Part shown: piece after piece, positions 18,075 to 26,578 of the stretch
Layout: every line of letters starts with the position of its first letter
Numbering within the stretch: position 1 is the stretch's first letter
Virus record (IMG/VR): IMGVR_UViG_3300031933_000117
Coordinates: 2,688-66,687 of that record
Reading direction: 5' to 3' (one strand)
Length of the DNA: 64,000 bases
Source of the DNA: a virus
Program-made: the position numbers and the translations under genes
The notes under the pieces: model-generated
Database searches by the model: none
Told to the model about the DNA's origin: nothing
Seen by the model: the letters and a program-made list of their open reading frames with translations, nothing else

Positions 18075-18891
18075 AACAATTTGTGAAATCTATTTGACCA
18101 TTTCTGGTTGCCCAGATAGGAAACTCACTCCCATAAGTGTTCCATACTCTTGCCTGATCGGGTCCGACAGGCAATCCTTGAAGACCATTTTTTTGCCATA
18201 TTTCTTCATAAGTATCATCCTCATAAAAAGTAAAGTCATATCTTTCGGCAAAGTTTTTAACTAGAAGAGATAGAATTGATTGATCGTGCCTGTTCTCCCT
18301 AAAGATTGGATCATTCTGAAGTTCTGAAGGACTATCATCGAGGTAATGTCCATTTTCTTCTACGCAAATATCTTTCCACTTGCCAACAAGTTCTCTGGTT
18401 ATTGGAGTATTCTTCAAAAGAAAAATACCGGAAATGATTTGCCTAGTCATTAGATACTCATCATTTTCTGCCATAATTCTACGATATGTATCCATCTTAG
18501 TCCACTGACATTCTGGAAGATCCAATGAAAAGAACAGTCCATTTGTATTCAGAGATTCTTGATAATATTGCTCTAGTTTAGAAAGTCCATTCTTATTTAA
18601 TTCGCATCCAGAATCCACAAAAAGAAGAACATCATCTTCTTCAATTTCATTGAGTGCCGTTTCTACAAAGTATGGTTTACAGGCATAGTACCCATAAAAC
18701 TTTCCTGGCACACCAATACGTTCTTGCATCATGTGCTGAACACTATTGTCCCAAAAAGAATTATTCTTTAAATCATCTTCACCATATTCTTTAATGGAAG
18801 AAAATACTTCAAAGTTTTCTGCTTGTTTGCGAATTCGCTTCTTACCTGGAGAAAAATTATTATCTCCAAAATAAGTTAGATGTAAATTCAT
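18067..18891 (-). CDS. Hypothetical protein, glycosyltransferase-like
   Basis: ACKPYF, FVDSGC, ENRHDQSILSL; first gene of glycan cluster. Confidence 0.55.
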   Translation of the reverse strand: MNLHLTYFGDNNFSPGKKRIRKQAENFEVFSSIKEYGEDDLKNNSFWDNSVQHMMQERIGVPGKFYGYYACKPYFVETALNEIEEDDVLLFVDSGCELNKNGLSKLEQYYQESLNTNGLFFSLDLPECQWTKMDTYRRIMAENDEYLMTRQIISGIFLLKNTPITRELVGKWKDICVEENGHYLDDSPSELQNDPIFRENRHDQSILSLLVKNFAERYDFTFYEDDTYEEIWQKNGLQGLPVGPDQARVWNTYGSEFPIWATRNGQIDFTNCYV

Positions 18892-18977
18892 TTAATTAAT
18901 TTCATTTGTTATGTTATACCAAATAAAAGAAGTTTATGCAACTTCTCTTTGAGAGGTCTTCGACTCCACCAGTTCTG

Positions 18978-19244
18978 TTATAGACCTTCCGTGTCTTCAT
19001 CATCGTCCTTAATGTAAGAAGGAACATTATCAGGATCTAACCAGCAGGTGTAAGAAAAATCTTCCATAGCGGTCATAAGTTGCATTTCATTATCCAGAAG
19101 ATACATATCCCGATATCGTCCGGTATAAGAATCTACTTTCTGAATGCGACAATCGGGTTTTCCATTAATTTCAAGAGTTCCGACCTGAACATAACGATAT
19201 GGAAAACGCTCAAGAAGAACTGTGGGTTTCCGGGAAACTTTCAT
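18978..19244 (-). CDS. Conserved-type cyanophage hypothetical protein
   Basis: ORF with operonic overlap. Confidence 0.6.
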   Translation of the reverse strand: MKVSRKPTVLLERFPYRYVQVGTLEINGKPDCRIQKVDSYTGRYRDMYLLDNEMQLMTAMEDFSYTCWLDPDNVPSYIKDDDEDTEGL

Positions 19245-19459
19245 CCGGCAACCTCTACAGATTTGAGATCTTGGTCCAGATAATCCATCAACATTTCATA
19301 ATCATCAAGAGGATCTCCAGAAAAAATCATACCCTCATTTTCATAAAAACGACGAACTTTTTTATAAAGTTTTGGATTTTTTACATCAAGGTAAAAGTCA
19401 CCATTAGAAGCACCACGAAGAGTGCCAACATCTTTCTTGAATTTTTGAATCAGAGACAT
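19241..19459 (-). CDS. Conserved-type cyanophage hypothetical protein
   Basis: ORF directly downstream of a TTGACA-17-TATAAT promoter. Confidence 0.6.
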   Translation of the reverse strand: MSLIQKFKKDVGTLRGASNGDFYLDVKNPKLYKKVRRFYENEGMIFSGDPLDDYEMLMDYLDQDLKSVEVAG

Positions 19460-19482
19460 TGTTCTGTTTTGTTTACCTCACT

Positions 19483-19511
19483 ATTATAGTGTATTTAATT
19501 TTCTGTGTCAA
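19483..19511 (-). promoter_or_regulatory. Sigma70-type early promoter
   Basis: TTGACA-17 nt-TATAAT. Confidence 0.8.
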
Positions 19512-19535
19512 GTGTGCCAGTCATAAAACTGGCAA

Positions 19536-19611
19536 TCGGAGTATTCAGATTTGAACTGAAATTATTCCGCTTCCCAAAAGCGGTGCCATGACCAAGTTAG
19601 GCGATACTCCG
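19536..19611 (-). tRNA. tRNA-Pro(UGG)
   Basis: Acceptor CGGAGUA/UACUCCG; anticodon arm CCGCU-UUUGGGA-AGCGG; GUUCAAAUC T-loop. Confidence 0.88.
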
Positions 19612-19901
19612 GTGTCAATCGTCTTCGTTCTCATCCTCGTATTTAGAAGGTTCCTCAAAGAGTTCTTCCATCTTGAGTTTTTGAATGCGACCATAAAGTT
19701 CATTATAGTCGTCATCTGGCATTTCGTCAAAACTTACAACCATCAGTTAATCTCCTTTCATTTCATAGGACCCAATGTCTTATCAACCATATGGAATGTA
19801 TAATACCAAAAACAAACAAGGAACCAATAATTCCACTAATCCATCCAACACGAATTTCGTGATTTTTTATGGATTCATTTATCATTGACTGAATTTCATT
19901 T

Positions 19902-20102
19902 TTATCCATTCATAAAATCCTCATATGTCCTTAAGATTTCTCTATCAATATCATCTAAACTTTCATAAGAAGATTTCCAATCAGACTTAATTAATCTATC
20001 AATAAATTGATACACTTTAGTTGTTAGAGAAATATTCATACGAACAAAGGAACTTAAAAAAAATTGTCTTTTTTGCCAATTTTTATCCTTGATGTTCTCC
20101 AT
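19902..20102 (-). CDS. Hypothetical protein
   Basis: ORF track; co-oriented. Confidence 0.5.
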   Translation of the reverse strand: MENIKDKNWQKRQFFLSSFVRMNISLTTKVYQFIDRLIKSDWKSSYESLDDIDREILRTYEDFMNG

Positions 20103-20238
20103 TTAGATATTTTGATAATGGATCTTTTTTAGTTTTTATAATTTCACAAGCTCTTTTATAGAACATATTATCAATATTACCAGATTCTTCAAATGTTTGT
20201 TTAATTTTTACCCAATTGTTATAGGTATGATCGTCCAT
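20083..20238 (-). CDS. 51-aa hypothetical protein (MDDHTYNNWVKIK...)
   Basis: Read by hand; fills the gap between neighbouring ORFs. Confidence 0.5.
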   Translation of the reverse strand: MDDHTYNNWVKIKQTFEESGNIDNMFYKRACEIIKTKKDPLSKYLNGEHQG

Positions 20239-20323
20239 TTAAATTTATAATTAATAATAATAATTTATCTTAAAGACAATATTGACTTTAATTTTTATGT
20301 GTGGATTTTATGACATAAAATAT

Positions 20324-20584
20324 TCAACGAATCTCAAAATCTAAACGCCTAACTTTACGCTGGCGTCTTTCTTCTTGCCACATTAAATCCTCATTACGAA
20401 GAACATTACTTGTGGTTTTTTGAGTTTGATTATTCAGCATTACTATCATTGACAAATCAAGAGCAGTAATTTTAGCATTACGAATAATGGTTGCCATATT
20501 AGAGCAACCACAAGAAACTGATTTTGCGGCATTTCCTTCTATCTCTTTTTCACAAGAGCGACATCTAATTCTTAAGTTTTCCAT
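20324..20584 (-). CDS. Hypothetical protein with CxxC...CxC motif
   Basis: CRSC...SCGCSN. Confidence 0.6.
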   Translation of the reverse strand: MENLRIRCRSCEKEIEGNAAKSVSCGCSNMATIIRNAKITALDLSMIVMLNNQTQKTTSNVLRNEDLMWQEERRQRKVRRLDFEIR

Positions 20585-20603
20585 TTGTCATTATAAGTTA
20601 ATT

Positions 20604-21038
20604 TTATTCGGTAAATGAACGCAGCATCCAAACAAACTTACCATGTGCTTCGTTTAAATCATCAGCAAGATTAACAGTTCCTCTTGACTTTTGTGCGTCT
20701 GCTTCTTCGGCAACTTCACCTAACATATCTATAATTTTTTTATGACCCTCAAGTAGATCTTTAATCATTTCCATTTCAGAAATATTAGTTTTTGCTTCCT
20801 CAACACCAGACACTTCTACAACTCTAGACAAAGAACTAATTGGTTTGATTCCCAAAAATCTCATATGTTCTGATATACGATCAACTTCTTCCTGAAGTTC
20901 TTCATACTGTTCTCTAAACAAATCGTGAATTTGTTTAAAGTCGGATCCCACAACGTGCCAATGATAGACCCAGGTTTTTTGAAATAACAAAAAAAGTGAT
21001 GCTTGCGTATCACTTATAAGTTTATACAGTTTTTCCAT
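20604..21038 (-). CDS. dps: Dps/ferritin-like DNA protection protein
   Basis: YHWHVVGSDFKQIHDLF...DRISEHMR, WML ferroxidase motifs. Confidence 0.88.
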   Translation of the reverse strand: MEKLYKLISDTQASLFLLFQKTWVYHWHVVGSDFKQIHDLFREQYEELQEEVDRISEHMRFLGIKPISSLSRVVEVSGVEEAKTNISEMEMIKDLLEGHKKIIDMLGEVAEEADAQKSRGTVNLADDLNEAHGKFVWMLRSFTE

Positions 21039-21146
21039 TATACTAAATGTTTTAAGTATTTATTTAGGAACCACTTATCATATAAAAATAAATCCCCTAT
21101 AAGTATAACTCATAAGGGATGGAAAGTCAAATTAAATATTCAGTAT

Positions 21147-22109
21147 TTACTTACCAATCTGTTTCACAGCAATTCGTGATTTGTTGAGAATGCTTCCAGA
21201 GAGTGGAACATATCCCAAATCATCAGCAAGTAATTGTGCCTTACCAGTCAAGGCATAGTTAAGTGCCTTTTGGATGTCTCCAGTCTTGGCACCATTACCA
21301 TTCTTATAGGCAAGAATCCAAGTCAAAGTAGAAATTGGATAAGCACCAGAGGTAGAAGGATTAGGATTTTCTCCAGCAAGATTGACATCCAATTTAATGG
21401 AGTTGAGAGCAAGAGCACCAGATTTTGCCGTGGGAAGAACAAACTGTCCTGACTTATTTTGAAGAGCAGCGACTTGAAGTTTATTTGTTTTTACAAATCC
21501 AGTATTCACATAACCAATTGTGCCAGGTGCGGTTTTAATAGTTCCGGCAACACCTTCATTTCCTTTTCCGCCGACACCCACAGGCCACTTGACCGACTTA
21601 CCTACACCGGGTTTCCAACCACCGAAAGAATCCAGAGAATTAGTGAATGCAAAGGTAGTTCCAGAACCATCAGAACGATGAACTACTTTAATGGGTCCAG
21701 CAGAACATCCAAGTTCTTTCCAGTCCTTAATAGTTCCGGAGAATATATTTACCGTTTGTTTTTGAGTGAGTTTTAGAACACAACCGGGTTTGTTATAGGC
21801 AATCGCAATTGTTCCACCCACCATAGGAATTTGAACGACACCACGCTTTACTTTAGACGCCTCTTTTGATGAGATAGGTTCATCAGTTGCACCGAAATCA
21901 ACAGTACCGGCGATATATTGGCGCACACCGGCACCTGATCCGACACTTTGATAATTTACTCTTTCTCCAGTAGAAGATGCATAATCAGCAAACCATCGTT
22001 GATAAATTGGCGCCGGGAAGGTGGCACCAGCACCATTTAGAGCAGGTCCGGCAAGTGTTGCGGTAGGAGCAACAATCAGACCAGCAATAATAAGATTTTT
22101 GAGTTTCAT
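21147..22109 (-). CDS. pstS: Phosphate ABC transporter substrate-binding protein
   Basis: GAGATFPAP, YQSVGSGAG, DFGATD, RSDGSGTT, YPIST. Confidence 0.95.
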   Translation of the reverse strand: MKLKNLIIAGLIVAPTATLAGPALNGAGATFPAPIYQRWFADYASSTGERVNYQSVGSGAGVRQYIAGTVDFGATDEPISSKEASKVKRGVVQIPMVGGTIAIAYNKPGCVLKLTQKQTVNIFSGTIKDWKELGCSAGPIKVVHRSDGSGTTFAFTNSLDSFGGWKPGVGKSVKWPVGVGGKGNEGVAGTIKTAPGTIGYVNTGFVKTNKLQVAALQNKSGQFVLPTAKSGALALNSIKLDVNLAGENPNPSTSGAYPISTLTWILAYKNGNGAKTGDIQKALNYALTGKAQLLADDLGYVPLSGSILNKSRIAVKQIGK

Positions 22110-22148
22110 AAAAATTGAATAACTACAAAGTAAGTCTAATAGAATAAA

Positions 22149-22177
22149 AGATAAAAGTCCACTAAGATTTGGTTAAG
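22149..22177 (-). promoter_or_regulatory. Candidate Pho box upstream of pstS
   Basis: CTTAACC / CTTAGTG / TTTATCT with exact 11-bp period; only the first repeat matches the cyanobacterial YTTAAYY consensus well. Confidence 0.45.
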
Positions 22178-22228
22178 AAAAAAGACCACCCAAAAAATGG
22201 ATGGTCTCACTCATTTTATGAGTAGTTA

Positions 22229-23713
22229 TCAGAACGTAAACTTAGTCTGAATTACGCCACCCCACTTGGAGGAGTTTTGATAACGTTGATTGTTATCAAC
22301 ATAGAACAGAGCAGGAGTGATACTGATGTTATCGGTGACTTGATACTTATAGAAGATTTCAATCATCGTAGCATCAGATACTCCGGCGGTTTCTGCCGAA
22401 GGTGCTTGACCCACAGCAACACCAGCAGAGTTGCCAGCGACAAATACATCAGACCACTGAAGACCAACGAACCACGAATCTGAGTTCGTAGCATCAGTTT
22501 TACCAGTAGCACCATTTACAGAGTTATATCCATAACCGGCACTGACTGAAGGAACCCAACCAGATTGTACGGGTTGCCAGTAAGCATTCAGGGCAACCGA
22601 GTTTGATTCCTGACCGTCTAGAAGAGTACCATTGGCACCCAGAAGACCGTTGTAGGTGCGAGGACGGGTGTTTTCACCACCATAGCGGTAACCAACAGCA
22701 ACCCCCCACTGAGGAGCACGATACCCGATTTGAGCGAGCACGTTAAGAGCACCATCAGAATCAAATACACCAGTGTCAGAAAACTCACCCTCCTGGGCGA
22801 CATAGTTTAGCGAAGCAACGAGACCACCTTTACCCTTTTGAGTAGGTTGTTTCCATTGAGCACCGAAACCAGCACCAGTTGCCTTGTTATAGACACCTGG
22901 AGTACCCGCAACAGCGAAGAAGTCAAGGATTTCTGACTTATAGGCAGAAGGAACCCACGACATTTCAGTGTTACGAACCAAAGGACCAGCAGTTAGAGTT
23001 ACACTCTTACTGACTGGGAATTGATAGTACAAGCGGTCAATAGTTACTTGATCAGTAGTAGATTCTGCCTTATCAAGTTTGAACAGAGAAGAGGAAGAAC
23101 CAAAAGGATCAGAACTAAAGTTTCCTGAACGGAGACGAGTACGAAGCAAATCCTTACCCGTAAATGAAGTATCAAAATTCAGACGGAGATCATAGTTGAA
23201 TGCGGTGTTGCCGACGTTTCCACCTTTATTCGTTTCTAGACTAGGAACTCCACCCAACATAAAGTTAACTTCACCTTTGAGTTTGGTTGTGGTAGAAAAT
23301 TGAGTTGCCTCAAGTTGACCTACCTTTGCATCAAGACCATCTACACGAGCAGTAAGAACTACAAGTTCTGCTTTGAACTCATTCAGCAGACGCTGAAGTT
23401 CATCAGTAACCTCTGTTACACGATCCAGGCAAGCATTCAGAAGAGCAGCAGCTTCAAAGCGAGTCATTGACTGACCACCCTTATAGGTTCCGTTAGGATA
23501 CCCCGCTACACAACCATAACGCTCTACAAGATTGCTGAGTGCTTGATACGCCCAATCAGTAGGACGGACATCTGAGAATTGAGTAATGCTAGTAACTTGT
23601 TCTTGAGAAGCATATTGATTTACACCCTCAAGATTCAGTTCAGCAGCAGTTGCGGTAGGAGCGATAAGTCCCAGAGCAACCGGAGCAAGCATTAATTGTT
23701 GAAAAAATTTCAT
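22229..23713 (-). CDS. Cyanobacterial porin (SLH domain + OprB-like barrel)
   Basis: Likely start MKFFQQ; FSDVRPTDWAYQAL..LVERYGCVAGYP SLH-like domain, QFSTTTKLKGEV, C-terminal TKFTF. Confidence 0.9.
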   Translation of the reverse strand: MKFFQQLMLAPVALGLIAPTATAAELNLEGVNQYASQEQVTSITQFSDVRPTDWAYQALSNLVERYGCVAGYPNGTYKGGQSMTRFEAAALLNACLDRVTEVTDELQRLLNEFKAELVVLTARVDGLDAKVGQLEATQFSTTTKLKGEVNFMLGGVPSLETNKGGNVGNTAFNYDLRLNFDTSFTGKDLLRTRLRSGNFSSDPFGSSSSLFKLDKAESTTDQVTIDRLYYQFPVSKSVTLTAGPLVRNTEMSWVPSAYKSEILDFFAVAGTPGVYNKATGAGFGAQWKQPTQKGKGGLVASLNYVAQEGEFSDTGVFDSDGALNVLAQIGYRAPQWGVAVGYRYGGENTRPRTYNGLLGANGTLLDGQESNSVALNAYWQPVQSGWVPSVSAGYGYNSVNGATGKTDATNSDSWFVGLQWSDVFVAGNSAGVAVGQAPSAETAGVSDATMIEIFYKYQVTDNISITPALFYVDNNQRYQNSSKWGGVIQTKFTF

Positions 23714-23772
23714 ATAGTTTGTTAAGAAATACAACTACGATGTTTATTTAGCTCCCCTGATATTTGAGGGGA

Positions 23773-23843
23773 AGCGGATACACGGATTTGAACCGAGGAT
23801 AAAAGTTTGGAAAACTCTTGTGTTACCACTACACCATATCCGC
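23773..23843 (-). tRNA. tRNA-Gly(UCC)
   Basis: GCGGAUA/UAUCCGC acceptor; UUUCCAA loop; GGUUCAAAUCC. Confidence 0.9.
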
Positions 23844-23881
23844 ATTTGAGAGAATTATAAGACATAATGAGTATTATGTCA

Positions 23882-23955
23882 AGCCCCCAGCGAGGATTTG
23901 CACCCGCGACTATCGCTTACAAGGCGATTATTTTAACTACTACAACTATGGGGGC
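23882..23955 (-). tRNA. tRNA-Thr(UGU), atypical D and T loops
   Basis: GCCCCCA/UGGGGGC acceptor; AUCGC-CUUGUAA-GCGAU anticodon arm; T-loop reads UGCAAAU; D-loop lacks GG. Confidence 0.7.
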
Positions 23956-24035
23956 AAATAAAAGCAGGGTCTCTTGGATATACCGCAGTTCTTACTTTTA
24001 AATTTGAAAGACCCGAACATTTCCAGATCTTTCAA

Positions 24036-24108
24036 CTCCCCCTCCTGGGATCGAACCAGGGACATTCTGATTAACAGTCAGACGCAACTACCGCTGTGCT
24101 AAGGAGGA
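24036..24108 (-). tRNA. tRNA-Asn(GUU)
   Basis: UCUGA-CUGUUAA-UCAGA; GGUUCGAUCC. Confidence 0.93.
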
Positions 24109-24130
24109 ATGATGGAGTAAAAACTCCAAG

Positions 24131-24204
24131 CGTCTTGGGAGGGACTCGAACCCCCGACCAACTCATTAGAAGTGAGTGGCTCTATCCATCTGAGCTACCA
24201 AGAC
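24131..24204 (-). tRNA. tRNA-Arg(UCU)
   Basis: GUCUUGG/CCAAGAC; ACUCA-CUUCUAA-UGAGU; GGUUCGAGUCC. Confidence 0.93.
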
Positions 24205-24242
24205 ATAAGACAATCATAACAGACGATGCTAGGATTGTCAAA

Positions 24243-24314
24243 TGGGTCGTAGAGGAGTCGAACCTCTCTCTACCGGTTAAAAGCCGGGTGCAAAAACCGA
24301 TCTGCCAACGACCC
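24243..24314 (-). tRNA. tRNA-Lys(UUU)
   Basis: GGGUCGU/ACGACCC; CUUUUAA loop; GGUUCGACUCC. Confidence 0.88.
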
Positions 24315-24389
24315 ATAAGAAGAGAAGACCCAGACCTTCTCTATGGTCTCTCAACCACCCTCATAGAATAGCACCCAAGACCCGTGCTG

Positions 24390-24578
24390 TCAATCCTTTG
24401 CTTCCTTACGGGCGTTCTTTTCTTCGGTAATCTCGCCTCTGCGGGTCTTTACCAGTTTTGACATTTCTTGTAGTGCCTTGCGAGCACGAGTTCCGGCAGC
24501 ATTATTACCGGCAGCGAACTTTTCGTCTTCTACTTTCCATGCTTCAACAGCGTTCAGTAGTTCTTGTGATGTAGTCAT
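24390..24578 (-). CDS. Small basic protein, Hc1/histone H1-like
   Basis: KF..GNNAAGTRARKALQEM motif. Confidence 0.6.
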   Translation of the reverse strand: MTTSQELLNAVEAWKVEDEKFAAGNNAAGTRARKALQEMSKLVKTRRGEITEEKNARKEAKD

Positions 24579-24622
24579 AATGATCTCTATAAAAAATAAG
24601 ATATGTTTATATAGGTTAAAAA

Positions 24623-25117
24623 TTACTCAAATGGTATTTCACGAGGGTCTGGAGCAACCCAGGCACCACGAATACCCATCGTTCCGTCAGCAAACTCATA
24701 ATAAATTGCGTTCTTCACAATCAATTTTTGTAGATTATCATACTTTGGTTTATTGATTTCTTCCAGAATATTTTGATTTCTCATATTAATCATGCGACTT
24801 CTTTGTTCTTCTATTTCGTAATCTATAATCGCATAATCAACTTCGTTTTCTATTTTTTGCTGTAGAAGTTCTGGGTCTTCATTAATGCGTTGATTGAGTT
24901 GATTATCAAACTCATCAATCATAGTATCAGGCAAATCCCACTTTATAAGTTTTCGCAGTTCGTTATAATACTTTAGAACATCTTTTTCTGAAATGTCACA
25001 CTTTACCGTTAGAAAAGCGAGAAATGATGCTACTGCTACAGCAACTATAGATGCTTTTCTGGATATTTTTAGATTGAATAGAACATTAAAGTTGGGTTTT
25101 TGTTTCATAATCTTCAA
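24623..25117 (-). CDS. Hypothetical protein with N-terminal TM/signal
   Basis: ORF; hydrophobic N-terminus. Confidence 0.5.
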   Translation of the reverse strand: MKIMKQKPNFNVLFNLKISRKASIVAVAVASFLAFLTVKCDISEKDVLKYYNELRKLIKWDLPDTMIDEFDNQLNQRINEDPELLQQKIENEVDYAIIDYEIEEQRSRMINMRNQNILEEINKPKYDNLQKLIVKNAIYYEFADGTMGIRGAWVAPDPREIPFE

Positions 25118-25370
25118 TTAGTTCGTTGACTATTCTCTTAATTCTATAACCTAATAATTCATCATCCTTAATAATATAATCATTCAGGACATCAATTCCA
25201 AGTTTTAATTGAAGAACATCAACCAAATTAAAGAGTTTTTCTTTTTTTACTCCTGGAACGAGAGAAATCAAATCAATTGAACCTTTAAGTAAAAGACCAA
25301 CTTTTACATAGTGAAAAATATCATATCTTTTTTTACCATAACTAAATCTAACTTTATTCTCAGAAGTCAT
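25086..25370 (-). CDS. Hypothetical protein
   Basis: Late promoter TATAAATA immediately upstream. Confidence 0.55.
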   Translation of the reverse strand: MTSENKVRFSYGKKRYDIFHYVKVGLLLKGSIDLISLVPGVKKEKLFNLVDVLQLKLGIDVLNDYIIKDDELLGYRIKRIVNELIEDYETKTQL

Positions 25371-25385
25371 GATAAGGAGTTTTAA

Positions 25386-25669
25386 GTATTTATAAAAAAA
25401 GAGGGTTGGTTAGACCCTCTCTTCATCTAAAAAATCTTCCAAAGCATCATCTAACATTTGTTTGGCATCTATTTTCTTCTGTTCTCTCATTTTTTTAGTA
25501 TCAAGAGTAAGTGTTGGTACGATTTCTCCGTTTTCTTCTATATTAACCTTTGTACCAAATGGAGTTCCTTTGGGTTGAATATCAATTGAAATATTACGAA
25601 TATCTTGTACGTTCATCTTACAAATACTTTTTAGGTATTTATAAAAAAAGAGGGTTGGTTAGACCCTCT
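25386..25669. repeat. 35-nt exact direct repeat (25386-25420, 25635-25669) = terminator hairpin + late promoter
   Basis: GTATTTATAAAAAAAGAGGGTTGGTTAGACCCTCT occurs twice, flanking ORF 25410-25616. Confidence 0.9.
25410..25616 (-). CDS. Hypothetical late protein
   Basis: Starts MNVQDIRN like ORF 31881-33455 (MNAQDIRN). Confidence 0.55.
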   Translation of the reverse strand: MNVQDIRNISIDIQPKGTPFGTKVNIEENGEIVPTLTLDTKKMREQKKIDAKQMLDDALEDFLDEERV

Positions 25670-25688
25670 AAAGATTATCTTATGAATA

Positions 25689-26417
25689 TCAAACTGAAGT
25701 AGCAATCAGTCTCTTTGAGTAATTATAAGCATATTCAGTTCTGGCACCAGTATGCCCCCAGCGTATCCACTTTCTAGCAAGTTTCATATATTGATGAATG
25801 GTCTTGCCGGGAGTTTTCATATGAGGTTCAATCATCTTCCAATCACCTTCATACAACATATAATCAAGTTGTGTATCAAGTGCGGAAGGATTGGCACCAA
25901 TACGAGCAGCATGATACCCTAGTCCTTTATACCTTGGAGCATTCGTCCACTGTATAATTCCAAATCCACCACTTCTACAAGCGTGATAAGGCACTCGGGC
26001 ACCTCCTTCACAAATGTTTGGAGTGAAAGTGGATTCTTGGCGAATATTACCCATAATGGTCGCTAGGGCATTTTTGTCAGTAACTCCACGATCCTGGAGA
26101 AACTCCAGAGTTCGTGATTCATTATGATTACATCCTTTACAAACTAATCGTGTTTTAAGGTTTTCGGGAACAACCTCTTTGGTCTCTGTTTCTTGTGTGG
26201 AATCTTTAGTCATTAAAGGATTTGTGCTGGCACTTGTTCCTTTTGTTTTTTCTCTTTCTGAAAGAACATCAGCAAGTTGAGGATTTGCTTTTTGCCATTC
26301 GGAAAGATTTACAGATACATTTTCTAAAGATTGAGCCATACCTTGTGTTGGCAGTGCTACCGCTGATGTTGCAACCGCACCTAAAAGCACGGCTACATTT
26401 GTTAGGTTTTTAAGCAT
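25689..26417 (-). CDS. Secreted/periplasmic phage-tail-lysozyme-like cell wall hydrolase
   Basis: Signal peptide; ALATIMGNIRQES catalytic Glu region, GFGIIQWT, TQLDYM. Confidence 0.75.
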   Translation of the reverse strand: MLKNLTNVAVLLGAVATSAVALPTQGMAQSLENVSVNLSEWQKANPQLADVLSEREKTKGTSASTNPLMTKDSTQETETKEVVPENLKTRLVCKGCNHNESRTLEFLQDRGVTDKNALATIMGNIRQESTFTPNICEGGARVPYHACRSGGFGIIQWTNAPRYKGLGYHAARIGANPSALDTQLDYMLYEGDWKMIEPHMKTPGKTIHQYMKLARKWIRWGHTGARTEYAYNYSKRLIATSV

Positions 26418-26549
26418 TTAAGTTAATAGAATTCGGCATCCGTATAGAAGGGGGGTATACCAACCCTCTCGGGAGGCACCTTCCACGGCTCTAGTTTCAA
26501 GTCAAAGACTCATTATGAAAAAACCCACCTTTAGAAGCGGGTTTGGGAC

Positions 26550-26578
26550 ATTATATGTGATTATTTAGGGTTTGTCAA
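26550..26578 (-). promoter_or_regulatory. Sigma70-type early promoter upstream of lysozyme-like gene
   Basis: TTGACA-17 nt-TATAAT. Confidence 0.75.

Noticed and set aside
18892-18977. Possible wcaG/manA-type RNA motif upstream of the glycan cluster
   Set aside because: Only an 85-nt gap with a GAAGUU/AACUUC hairpin plus U-run is visible; this fits an ordinary terminator and I cannot match it to a known motif.
19545-19803. ORFs 19545-19730 and 19588-19803
   Set aside because: They overlap tRNA-Pro; a shorter acidic ORF in another frame (…FDEMPDDDYNELYGRIQ…) is more plausible.
24096-24371. 91-aa plus-strand ORF
   Set aside because: Antisense to tRNA-Arg and tRNA-Lys.
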